A stretch of DNA of 64,000 bases from contig JBHGNT010000005.1 in NCBI GenBank assembly GCA_043228905.1, positions 3,100,001 to 3,164,000 on the forward strand, in the 5' to 3' direction. Within the stretch, counting starts at the first letter, position 1. Each line of letters begins with the position of its first letter. Origin of the DNA: Azolla caroliniana. Lineage: Eukaryota > Plantae > Polypodiophyta. Below the pieces are notes generated by a model, which was not told the DNA's origin, searched no databases, and worked only from the letters and a program-made list of their open reading frames with translations. Position numbers and translations under genes: made by a program. Positions 1 through 12,600 of this stretch are shown in pieces.

Positions 1-667
1 ATTGGTGGATTTCGCCGCTGGATGAAACCTGAGATAAAACACGAATTTAAAGTTCTGAATCTGATGAACAGTAGCATTTAATAACATAGAAACTTTGACG
101 AGACTAGTAGACTGATTACTTGAAACTGTAGAACAACTTTAAAGTACTGAAACTGGTAAGCAGACGTATTTAATGTTCTCAAAGCTTTGATGAGCCTAGT
201 ACATATATTTATCAGGTCCATTTCAATGGAAAACTAAATGGCGGAAATCTATAGATGAATGCCTGAAGCTGACAAATTTGTATAGCGTCAGAGAGAAAAA
301 TCAGGCATTTCTTTTCACATTCATTAAAGTATCAACATGTTAAGAGAAAGATGTAAGAACATCCAATCGAACATTTAGAAGACATGCAATGCGAAAAGCT
401 TTATGAGGCCCAATGCCTTATTCAAAACTTGATGTTTCCATGACGTGTGTAGTTCCAGCTCATATTCAAGAACGTGGCAAAATGAGTAAGTATTGGATGA
501 GGTTTTTGTGCCATGAATAGAGTGTGTGTTCTCATCGACATTATGGTTATGTGACTATCCTTCTGTTTGCACACTCTTTCTATTTTTCATGTATTAGTAG
601 TTCTAGAGGTTTAACTCAAAGAAGTTTTGCTTCAAACTAATATATATGGAATGTTCTATTTATAGGT

Positions 668-3600
668 ATGCTGTATTATTATTGCTTTATGGTGGGACTC
701 CTATGGCTTACAGGTTTCTTTACTTAAAAGCAAACAGATTGATTTCGTAATTTTTGGAATGTCAACTAATTTATGGATTCTTTTGTAGGATTCGACACTA
801 CAAACGTCCTTCACCTTGCTGAAGCAGGAACTTTATGTATTTTCTGATGTCTCTATCTCAATTTATCTTGCATGCGTATGCCAGTGAAATACAAAAACTA
901 TGACCATCTTTTTCCTTTACTAGAAGGAAATTCATTGCTATGGTCAGGGGAAACTTAGCATCACTTTAAAGAATAGAGGAGGCAGCTTCAATGCATGATT
1001 GTTGAAACAAGAATAGCTTATGAATTATTTCACATGTTTAAGTGATACTCGAATGCACAACACTATAGTGACAATATATGCAAACAAAGATAGTATTTGA
1101 TTAAGTATTAACCACCATGTAGCTTGTGGAAGGATAGTACATGAAGACAAAAATATTTCATGGATTAGTGCATATGGAATCTCCTGTTGCTGTGAAATCC
1201 CTCTCGCAGTGATTAAACCTTAATCACGCACTTAATAGTCCAATGCACTTGTAGGAGGTGACTCTTGATAGACTCTCACATGCAAGGGTGATACATCTCT
1301 TTCTGGAATAGAAGAAGCTGAATAAAATGGAATTTTATTTTTGAAATGAGAGGTATGCATCGTGTGATTATAGGGAGGGTGCTGATATCAATTTATTTAA
1401 GGCACTGTTAAATTCAACTGTAGAAAGAAAGGTCTAACATCTATTAGATCAAGGGTCGAGTCTGTCTAAGATTGAATGTGGATGAGATATTCAAAAATTC
1501 TCATTTGCCTCATGGACTGTCATACTTTAATTGCACGAAATGTTCATAGTGTATTATTGGTGTTTTCAAGTTTATATTTTTCTGAAAGAAGAGTGTTTTA
1601 TTATGTGAGTCATGGTCCCAACTTCCAATAGGGAGAACTGAAAGAGAGATTCTAATTATTGTATGAATGGTGAGATAAATGGTTGTGAGCCACTACTCTT
1701 ACCAGGCCCTCAAGAGTATTTCTAATATAAATGACTCAATTTATGGTCCTAGAAAATGCGAGAGTAGTGCATTTCTTCATCCACTGGCTGTGTGAATCAA
1801 AAGGGAATTTGCATTTGGAACTTGTATTTGCTTTCCCTCTTATTAGGAATATACAACATTTAATGAAGATGCTATGACAGAAGTTCTCCTGTGGTCACTG
1901 ATTATAGCTCTTTCTACCATAAATATCAAGAGGATTTGACTTTTGAGAGAGATGTCTTCCTACATCCATGAATCAGTGAAACCTCAATAAGTTGAATATG
2001 GAGATCAACTTTAATATTTGAGACTGATTCTTGAGCATAAAGCTCATCAATCCTAATTCGTTGTTTTGTTTTTCAATTGCTGGTTTACTTTATAATATTT
2101 CCATGCAATAAGGCCAAAAAAAGGAATTTGATAAACATCAGCAACATATGAATGAATTAGATTATAACTTCAAGCCTTCTAGGCTTTTTCGTCATTTCCA
2201 TTAATTTTCAGAGTAGAGCTGGTCAAGTGGAACTAACACTGAATTTGGTTTTGTTGCTTGCATATACAAGCTTATGAATGCTCTCGATTTAGCAAACAAA
2301 CATCCGTGATTGCATTAGACTCTTTCTCTGTACAGTTCTTTGCAGTTACTGATTGTTCTGATCAGTGCTTGAACTGCAAGCCTTATTTGTTAGATGTTCC
2401 ACCATTTACCCTGGAGTCACCAGTTTCTTATGTACAATTTACTTGCACATGGATGAGAGATGCAGTGGTCGTAAATAAAATTAATGGTGATTGTGAATAT
2501 TCTGGTACTTTTGTTCCAAATCAGTACTATACGTACAATATAACTGCAAAACTCAATGGTCAGGCTTTCTCCAGTCAAATCAAAATTGTCTTCATCTCAG
2601 GTATTGATTTCATACAAATATTTCGTATAAAGTTTTGGTTAGTGGATTGCAGAAATATAAGCTGAATGTTATTGTACATGCATGTCTCATGATGGTTCTC
2701 AAATGCACATAGAACAGTTAGAATGTAGGATTAGTGGTGTTGACTTTAACAAATCTTGTAATATATGAGTTCATGCACTCGTTTATTTCTGGCCAGAGAG
2801 ATTTGTGTTTCATTATAGATATTATAATTTCTTTGTGGGATTATCTCACCAGGGAAAGAATCTATATGCATTTGAAGATGACTCTGGTTCAGAATGTCCA
2901 TCTATTTCACATCTATCATGCATTCCAGGATGTGTCAACATGGTATTATGTTATTAAAGACTGAAAATAAGCAACAGAATAGTCTGAACAGACTTTGCTA
3001 AACTAATCATTCTGGTTGACCCTCTCTTCTAGAAATTTCCTTTATATAAAAACATAGATGTGTCCTGTTAGACTACTCTCAAAAGATTTCAAGGGTATTT
3101 TTGAGAGAGGGAATGTAGATAGATCATGCTATACCACAGCATATAATGGTGACAGAACATGGATCAAGCTTGATAGACTCCCATGAACCTTGTATATTTT
3201 AAAAGGCTATTTGGTAGGATATCCACTTAAGAAAATAACAAAAGTTAGCAGTACTTGTTCTTCTTCATGCCCAGAAAGTTTTTGGGAGCCTGTGCTAAAA
3301 TTTCAATGCTTTCCCTACGATTAAATTCATAGCATTGTCATGTAACTATTTTCAGAATTGTTTAAGTTTATCTCTAGAGGAACAGAAGATATTTTCACAA
3401 TGCATTATACATCAGAACTGAACTAATTAATCAATTACTTGATAATTTTGAATGATATAACAGGTCCATTGTCTGTAGAAGATTGTGGTCCTCTAGAATG
3501 GTCACCATATTCCCCCAGATCACTGATAGCTGGGAAGACTGCCAATTTCACAGTGGCATTAAGAGATCATGTAGGATCTATAAAGAACACAACAACGGTT

Positions 3601-6600
3601 GAAGTAAATGACTCTGAGAGGATGATGTTTGCTGATGCTTTCACAGTGAGTTTTAAGAATGTAACCAGAAATTTAACATCAGGCTTTAACATTCCCGATG
3701 GATATATGTGGGTTTCTTTTACTCCTGTGACGTGTGGATCTTGGAGAGCTAATGTTGGTGTATCACATTGGGGTTTGGATTATTCATTCAAGGCATTTCA
3801 AGGTTCACCTTTTGATATGACTATTAAACCAGGTCGATTATCTTGATGCCTTGCAATTGGATCTCTTGATTTTTGTTGGAAATGTTTGCAAAATACATTG
3901 CAGTTTCAATCTCATGATAATGATAATAGAGATCATAACTTGGTGCCTAAATATTGTAACCATCATCATCATCATCACCACCACATCAGTAACCACAAGT
4001 ATCGTTTTTCCGTTTTCCATTTTAAGTTTGTATTTCCAAACCATCATTATGAACAATAATAATGCTAAATGCTGCGATTATTTTTCTCAATATTGCATTA
4101 GTCCATATTTCTGTTAAGATATGCATTAAACATTCCAGTAAGGATATAATCTGCGGCATTTTGCATGCTGCATTCATATGTATATATTTAAGATTGTGTA
4201 TGCTAATGTGAATCTGAAAAGAGAATGTCAAATATACATGTAGTACAGCGGCAAGACAGTCATTTTCTCGTTCATAAATAATTGTATACTCATCATGTTC
4301 ATATATTTATATAGATTTACGTGTTTCGCTTTTGATCATGGATTTAGAAGATAACCATTGTATGCAATCAATACCAGATGTCTGAAGATATATAGTGTTT
4401 GTGCTGTTCAGGTGATGTTTCTGTAAATAATTCAAAAGGGTATTTGGTGAACAAAGTTAATAACTTGAGTGCTGGAGAATTTTTTACCCTGAAGGTGCTT
4501 TTGGTGGATGCGTATAAAAATAACATCACTGCAACCACAGCACAGATAGCTACTTATCCATTCCATGTTTTCTCAACAGCTTTGACTGCCAGGATTGCTC
4601 CTTGTAAAATTTTGAACTATACTGATGAGGCTGGATATTTAGTTATTAATGTTACAAATGAAATTATTGGTTCATATAGGCTGCATGTTGAACTCAATAA
4701 CAGTACTCGAATAGTTGGATCATCTTTTCTTTACTCAGTGAACTCATCAGGTACTCATTTCTTTCTGGTTTAATAACGTTTATAGGGTATTTTGAAGGAA
4801 TCACCTATAAAAAAGCTGTATCCATTTCTCCTTGAAGATATTGTTGGTATAAATATATTTTCTATAATTGTGTAATATAAGTTTCGTCTTTTGTGTTACT
4901 CTAATTAGTATCCGTTCATGTATGCTCACATAATTACTAGAAGTAATGCTTAATCAAAACTGACAATTACGATTTATAGAGATGATGATATATGATATGT
5001 CTTAATGTAACTAACATGACCCATGGGACCAATAATCATTATAAAGCAGTGGGGATTTTAAAATGCTTGACCAAAACTGAGATAGTAAAAGATGAAATGA
5101 AAAACTAAACCTGTTCCTAATTTCATTGTTTAGATTTTCCACTAGTTTGGTCCTTTGGTTCAGTAGATGATCAACAACCAGTCCTAGTTTCACGGGTGAT
5201 GGTTCTGTCCTTTGTTAGGAGTTCTGTAGTACAATCTTGTAGGAAGATGTCCTAATATGGAAGACATTCCAAAGTGACATCTTTTTCTTGTTCTGGTATC
5301 TTCAGGCAGCATAGGTCACACATGTTTCTGCTCAATATTCAGCCAACCCCTAGTTTCCATTTTCAATGCTCGTGAGTGTGTGCGCATTAGTGTGATCACA
5401 CATCTCGCTTGCTTCAGCATGAGCGTTGGCATCTGCCTGCACCCCTCTGTAATTTTCCAAATTTTGAGTATTAATGTGGCCTCACTTGCACTCACAATGT
5501 GTGGACTTTCAATGTATCTGAGTAAACATGACTCATGTTCTCATGTCCATTTCTTTTCTTGTGTGCACATCCAGATATTCTTTAATATGCCATCTTGCAA
5601 TTTATTTATTGATTTCTTAGACTCAGCTGGAGGAAAGAAATTGCTTTTCTGGTCTGTGATAAGCATCCAAATTTCCATCCACCCTTGGGGAAGTGATTTT
5701 GAGGCATTTTGAATACGTACCTATAAATTTTTTGAAGCACCTAAAATTCTATTGGACTTCTTCCAGTTTCACAAAGCATTACAATCTGGAAACTTAAAAG
5801 CAAATTAAATTGTACCAAGAAACTAGGTAGCTACCTTATGGAACTAGGCTGAAATCAAGATACAATGATACAGGGATGATGTGTACAAGTAATCGTGCCC
5901 AAAGGATAAAAAATAGATGGGTATGATGCACAAAACAAAAATATATCTGCGAGAGATTGTAGATTCTCAGCAGGTCATCCCATGTACACTCTCATAGAAT
6001 GATGTCATATGAGATTGATGATCTCTTTAATAAATTGTCTAGAGGTTCTTGCTCAAACTGGGGCAATAATATCATGTATCCTCTGATGCAGGCAATGTCT
6101 CTATGTGTTGATCTGGCCAATGAACTGCTCAAGTCAAGCAATATCCCTGCACAAGGTGGTGATTGTGCTTGCTCTTAGTTCTGTTGGCATGATCTTCTAA
6201 TTTATAGGAATCAGCAACGTTTCAATTTGAGTCAAAACTGACCATGAAATAGTGATTAACAGTGACAGTATCATTAGATTGGAAAATGGTTTGGTTTGGA
6301 TTGTATCAGTTCCGTGGTTTACAGTTTATCAAGCTTGAAACTGTGGCTTAAATTATCTTAAACTGCAAATGTGTGCTGGTTTAATGGCTTATAGGATCAT
6401 TTTTATATTATAAATTAATATAAAAATCATAAACCCTAATAACGCTTAAAGTAAACAACAATGATTTAAATGCTTTGGTCTTAAACAGTTTAGGTTTGAT
6501 GGATTCTTTCTTAAACAGTCCAGTTTAGGTTTGAGGATGTCTTCAATAATTTGTGGTTTTGAGGTCTAAACTTTAGCTTTCAAAATTTTAAATGGTTTGA

Positions 6601-9600
6601 GTTTGAGACTGCCAAATCCATTGGAACCGAATACAACCTCCGATTGACTGCTTCTAAAGAAGTTTGACATCTGTCTTTGCAGAAGCTTTGCTGGCTGCAA
6701 GAGGTTTCTCCGTTTATCTTTACTGATTGAGTTTTGTCTAAGTCTGCAATGATGGTCCAAAACTGGTCACTTAGTCTCAACTTCATACTTATCTTAACTC
6801 CATAAAGAAAGAAATATATTAATGTCTTTTAAGAGTCCAAAATGGCCTATAAGGCCAAATTAGAGAAATATAATGGCCTATATGCTTTCTTCCTTCAATG
6901 TTCAAAATCTATGTATCTGTTCGAAAACTGATAGAACAGCAGTAAATTATTTACATGGACTGCAAGCCATGATAAAGTTCAGGCCGGGTTTCATAAAAAA
7001 TCGTAGTGACCATTGATTGATTCACGAAAATTGCATCCATGTGGATCTCAATACTGTGCCAATTGCCTATGAAACTTAAGTTGTCTGTAAGCAAGGTAGT
7101 TGTGCTATGTAACTACGTTGTCATCACATTGCAGTGATATAAGGACCATGACTATAAGTAATGTTAACATCCTTTGGAGGACGAACTCAACCTATGGGAC
7201 AAATTGATACATCCTTATTAATTAGATTCCAATTTGGATGGAATATAGTGAAAGTCTTGGTTGATGTAAATTATTCTAAAAGTTGGATTCAACATTATTA
7301 CATCCCTGGGGAAATATGTGGTGTTTTCTTTGGTTTGTGGAATGTTTGGATGTTTGTGTTAGCTGAGAGCTCTGTAAAATGCCCATTTTCCTTGGCTTCA
7401 TGTTGGGGTTAAGAGAGGCTCTTTACTTGAATGAAAGAGACTGATGATGTTACTTGATTTCAGGAGAAGTGTACATTGAAACATGTACAGGAATGTGGAA
7501 TAAGACAACATTTATAGCAGGACAAGTTGCCAAGATGACTGTGGTAATGAGAGACAAATATGGTAATGAAGTGACACCATTACCCGAACGTAACAACTTT
7601 AGAGAGTTTAAAGTGATAAGGTATGATAGCCCATTGAACAAATCCTATGAGTTTACCACAACCCTCCCAGTTCCTCCAACTCAACGTGAAATGGTGAGTT
7701 TTATTCCTACTAAAGCTGGGAGATTCTCTTATCATGTTGAAAGTGCAGATCGCCGGTCAATCAAAAGTACCCCAGGAAATATCACCATCTTACCTGGTAC
7801 CCTTCTTGATATTAATTAAATATATCTTAATAAAATTTAATATAACTTTTTTAAATATTTGTCTCATTCATACAATCTATTGTAATAAAATTGGATGTAA
7901 TGTTTTTATAAATTTTCATAAAATCTATCTTTATAAAATTGAACATAATGTAAATTTGTTATGTGCAGTCTTTGATTTTGCTATTTTATGCATAAAGTTT
8001 TACCATTTTGATGGTTGCTAATTTACAGTTCATAACTGCTTAAAGCTTAAAACACTCCAACTCACTCTAACCATCTAAACCACTTGCCATAACAAAATAT
8101 GCGTCTGTAACTAAAATATGCCATGCGATATTTTCAAAGCATTGATGAAACCCTAGCACTTACAAATACATTAAATGTAGTTCCATTTGACATAGCTGCC
8201 AAAGGGTGCACTGTGTGGTGTAAGTGCTTCTAGAGACATGCTTTTTATTGTCTTTTACATGAGCTCGGTTGGAACCGCATGCCACAATTTGCAGTGCCAA
8301 GGCTTAAGACAATAATTTATAGGGTCTGAATGTCAATGTTCATTCCACAATAATTTCTAGTGAGAAAGTTTAAATATTCGACGGATGTTTTTGGTGAATC
8401 CCGAGAGTATAGACAATCATATGTAACCACACGCACATAGCCATTACATTAATGAATAACATCAACGAAATCAATTAGGCACACTAATATCTGGAATTTG
8501 AATTTGAATTCAAATGCAATTTGTGTGCATTCTTCAACGTATAATATAAGTCATGAGAAATATGATGACTTGTTAGACGGACATGCTAATTTAAGTGTCA
8601 TATTCAAATGTCTACCGAGAAGGGTGAGCACATTGTGCAAGTATTATTTTCACATAGATAGGTTTTACTGCAAAATAACAAACCCCCTTCTTAGGAAGGA
8701 CGATAGGCCTTGGCCCCATGAACCAGATACGCAATTTGTCGTGCACATAGGCCCTGGCCCCAAAGACCACAATCTCACCACCCGTGTGATCGATAGACAT
8801 ATAAAGGCCATTATATCCTGCCATCGCAGGTGCTTCCCTCGCTTTGGAGACCTCTCCTTTCTGGATTCACCTATGCGAGAGATCTTTCAAATACAAAAAT
8901 TACAATATATCTGGCTTGAGAATCTTACATGTACCAATAACAAGATTCTTTAGTCTCTTCTTATCTTATTTACTTGTTTTACATAGTAACATTATTTTAT
9001 TTTGATTTGTTGTTCTCAAAGACAGGACAACACTTAAGTTGTGACCTCTGGTTTGGTCTTATTGGCCATTTTAATCTCTTAAAAAAATTAAATATATCTG
9101 ACTTGAGAATCTTACATGTGCCGATAACAAGATTCTTTAGTTTGTTTTTATCTTATTTACTCATTTTATTTAGTAACATTTATTTATTTGATTTGTTGTT
9201 CTCCAAGACGAGACAACACATAAGATGTTTGGTCTTATTATATTAACCATGAATGTGTTGGCTGCAATAATGGTTTTGGTTTGGATTCACTTGAGCTTCC
9301 AAACGTTTTGTGTTTATCCACCTTGACACGAGATAACTACTACAATATCATGTATATTGAGAGGGATTCCCTTAATAATGTGATTGACAAAAATTAACAT
9401 AATCAAATAGTAAAATCCAAATAAAAGCTAGGAATGTTATGTGTTCTCACCAACCCAGCCATATATGGTTGAGTGATAGATATTGAACACATTCCTAAGC
9501 ATTGCATTGCATGAAGGAAAATGCTGCTGAAAATAGTCTTCTAATATGCAAAATAGCCTAAGAATACAACAGACTTATCAATTGTTTCTTTTTTTGGATG

Positions 9601-12600
9601 CTTAAAATAGTCTTGGAAGGCGCAAAATAACCTAAGAATACAAGAAGCTAATCATATGGTTATTTATCTCACAATTTTCTGACAAACATTACATGCCATT
9701 ACTTTAAAAGCATGTCTCACTCACTATATAGGCGTTCATGACAAATATAAGACAATGATACATAAGATGAATACAGAAGAACATATCTCACCAAATAAAT
9801 AGGTGGTGAAACAATCAATTGCAAAAGAGACTTTTAAGGAAGTCAAAATGGTCATGGTTTTGTATCATTATAATTAAGAAAAACCTAACATGTTGATGTC
9901 TTTCCAGGTCCACTATTTATCCCACGTTGTAAAGCATCTTGGAGGAATGGAAGCAGCCAATTCTTTATTGGGAAACAAGCGGTTATGGTAGTGAAACTGG
10001 TGGATGAGTTCGGGAACAATGTGAATTTCTCGACTGTGCCGCCGCTTTTTAACCTTACGTTTTCATCCTCGAATGGAACAACTTTCTCACAACCTTATTC
10101 TCAAGAGGTGCATAAAGAAACAGGGAATGCACTCATCACCGTCAATGTTACTATTGGCCAAGGATTCTGGCCATGCCATGTCTTTTACAACTCAGAAGAA
10201 GTACCAGGCTCTATTGTCAATTTCGTAGTTTATTCAGGTGCGTCAAAATTCTTTCAACACTCTTACAAGATTTCTCTTTTTATGGATTAGGTATCACTCA
10301 TACCTCAGGAAGCAACATCCGCAGTATTCAAACCATAATGTAAATGAAAATACGCAGAAAAAGGTTTACTGCAAACTGATCATAATGATTACTCTATAAA
10401 CAAAGTTATCGAATCAAAAATCTATGTTGAGACCTTCATTTCTTGTTAGGATGCTAAGCAGTCGACTTAAGATAGTGGAGCTCTAAATGAAATTTTTAAT
10501 CTACTCCAAGTATTGTCATCCAAGATTTCTCAAGCCTCTTCATTACTAATCTAAGGTTTATGTACAATTCCTTAGGGTTTTTGACCCAATCTAAAAAGAA
10601 TTACTGACCACTTGTTATCAGGTGCTATTCTTTCTTGCTATGTCCGTGTGGCATGGAAAAACAATGTGAGCATATTTGAGGCAGGACAACCAATGTATCA
10701 AGTTGTGGATGTAATGGATGCTTCTATGAATCCGCTGGATCTAAAGAGTGTAAACTATACTGTAAGCTTTAAAATATCTGAAAGTATTGGCTCACGCTGC
10801 TACCCTATGGGTTACACAGTGATGGAACAATTAGGTCGCCTAGAGATGTCTCAAGTATGCTTACATGTGGGAGAATTTTCTGGTATTATTCTCATAAATG
10901 GCACTTTTATCAGCAATTTTATCTCATATCAAATAATCCCAGGTACCACATTGTATTTATAAGTCACACAACTCTCATTCATATTTGTATTACCTTAGAC
11001 TGGAGGATTGATCAATGAATGAGTCTGCATTTGTATTGTTCACTTTGTTCATGCGTCATCCAAGAAAGATGGCATTTTGTATATAATTTATTCCAGCAAG
11101 AATTCTATGCATGCCAGATATGTTATGAACAATGCTTGACATTTCTAATCTGTCTTGACATTTGCATGCAGGACCTGTATATCTTCCATATTGTTTAGGC
11201 ACCTTGAAAAATGGGATGACCAACTACACTGTAGGAGTAGATATTATTTTTGATGTTCTTCTCAATGATGCATACAATAACACTGTAAGCAAAGCCAATG
11301 GAAGGATGGGTCAAGCTGAGCTGACCTATGTGTTTACTTTTGTTGCAACTAAAAAAGCAGTTTCGTCACTGAACTTCACAAGCTTATCGGAAAGAGGTTC
11401 TGGCCATGAAACTATTAGCTTCACCTTCATAACTGCAGGTTCCTATATTTTACATGTCAATGGATACCAACAAGCAGCAAGCATATATGTTGCTGATATG
11501 AAAGGCCAACTAAATCTAAAAGAAATTAGCTCTAGACAAGTGGAAATAAGGGGTTCACCTTCCACATTCAAAGTTATTCCAGGTATAAATAATTCTATTA
11601 GGTTCTGAATATATATTGTTCCTGCATCAACAAATTGTTCTAGTAATTGTTCAAAGGTGGTGAAATTTTTGGGCACTTCAGTTCTGGCATTTGTAAAATC
11701 TACTCTTTCACATTGTGGTCAAGTAATTGTTTTGCCATGGCACATTTTTGAAGCATGAGTCACATATGAGAAGTAAAATGATATATAAAAGTAGAAAATG
11801 TATAAGTTTTCATGTTTAGGAGAGGCCGACATGCCTTAGGAGAGCGAATGAGAGATAACTTCTTCAAGCATTGTCTCATCTTTGAGAACAACAAATCTAA
11901 AATATATATATAAAGAAAAGTATAGTAAATTTGTCTAAGCTACAAGATAATTGATAAGAATCTAACTCTTGTAGAGTTGAGTATGTGGAAGCGTAGTGCG
12001 TGTGTGAGCAAGAGAAGGAATCAGAGAGAATAACCAGAAAATAAGAAAATACACAGTATGGGTTTTTTGGAAAAAAACACAATAGGGGTATGGCAACTTA
12101 TGCACTGAAGAGAAAAATATATTAATTAACTAAAGATGATGAAGTAAACACAATGGGCCAAGCGGGTTTTATATACAAGTCCTCAAGGGATTGCCACATT
12201 AAATGTGTTGGTGGAATGTAATCAAGATATCCACTTGAGGACGATTCTGTCATAAGAATATCTGATATCTTTGACCACATTCATGCTTGACGTTTACAAT
12301 AAAGTGTGTTCAGACACTTTTTCACACATTTTGCTTTTCTTCATAAGCACATGTTCACACAAGTTGAGCTTGATTCTCAACAATAATCTTGTTAGCTACA
12401 AACTTTAACATTCTGAACTTACATGGACTGAAAGTTCTATTTTTGAAAAATCTCCAACATGGGAAAGGTCTTTGAAGTGATAGAAGCACCTTTAGTGTCA
12501 GGTGGTAATGGCCTTGGATTTTAAATAACAAGGGTGGCAGAGCCATGATCCAGGTTGACATTGTGTACATGCAGTTGGGGACAAATTTCTATTGACTGAT

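Noticed and set aside
60-116. C/D-box snoRNA (TGATGA...CTGA)
   Set aside because: No terminal stem or recognisable rRNA guide, and the motif is part of a degenerate direct repeat.
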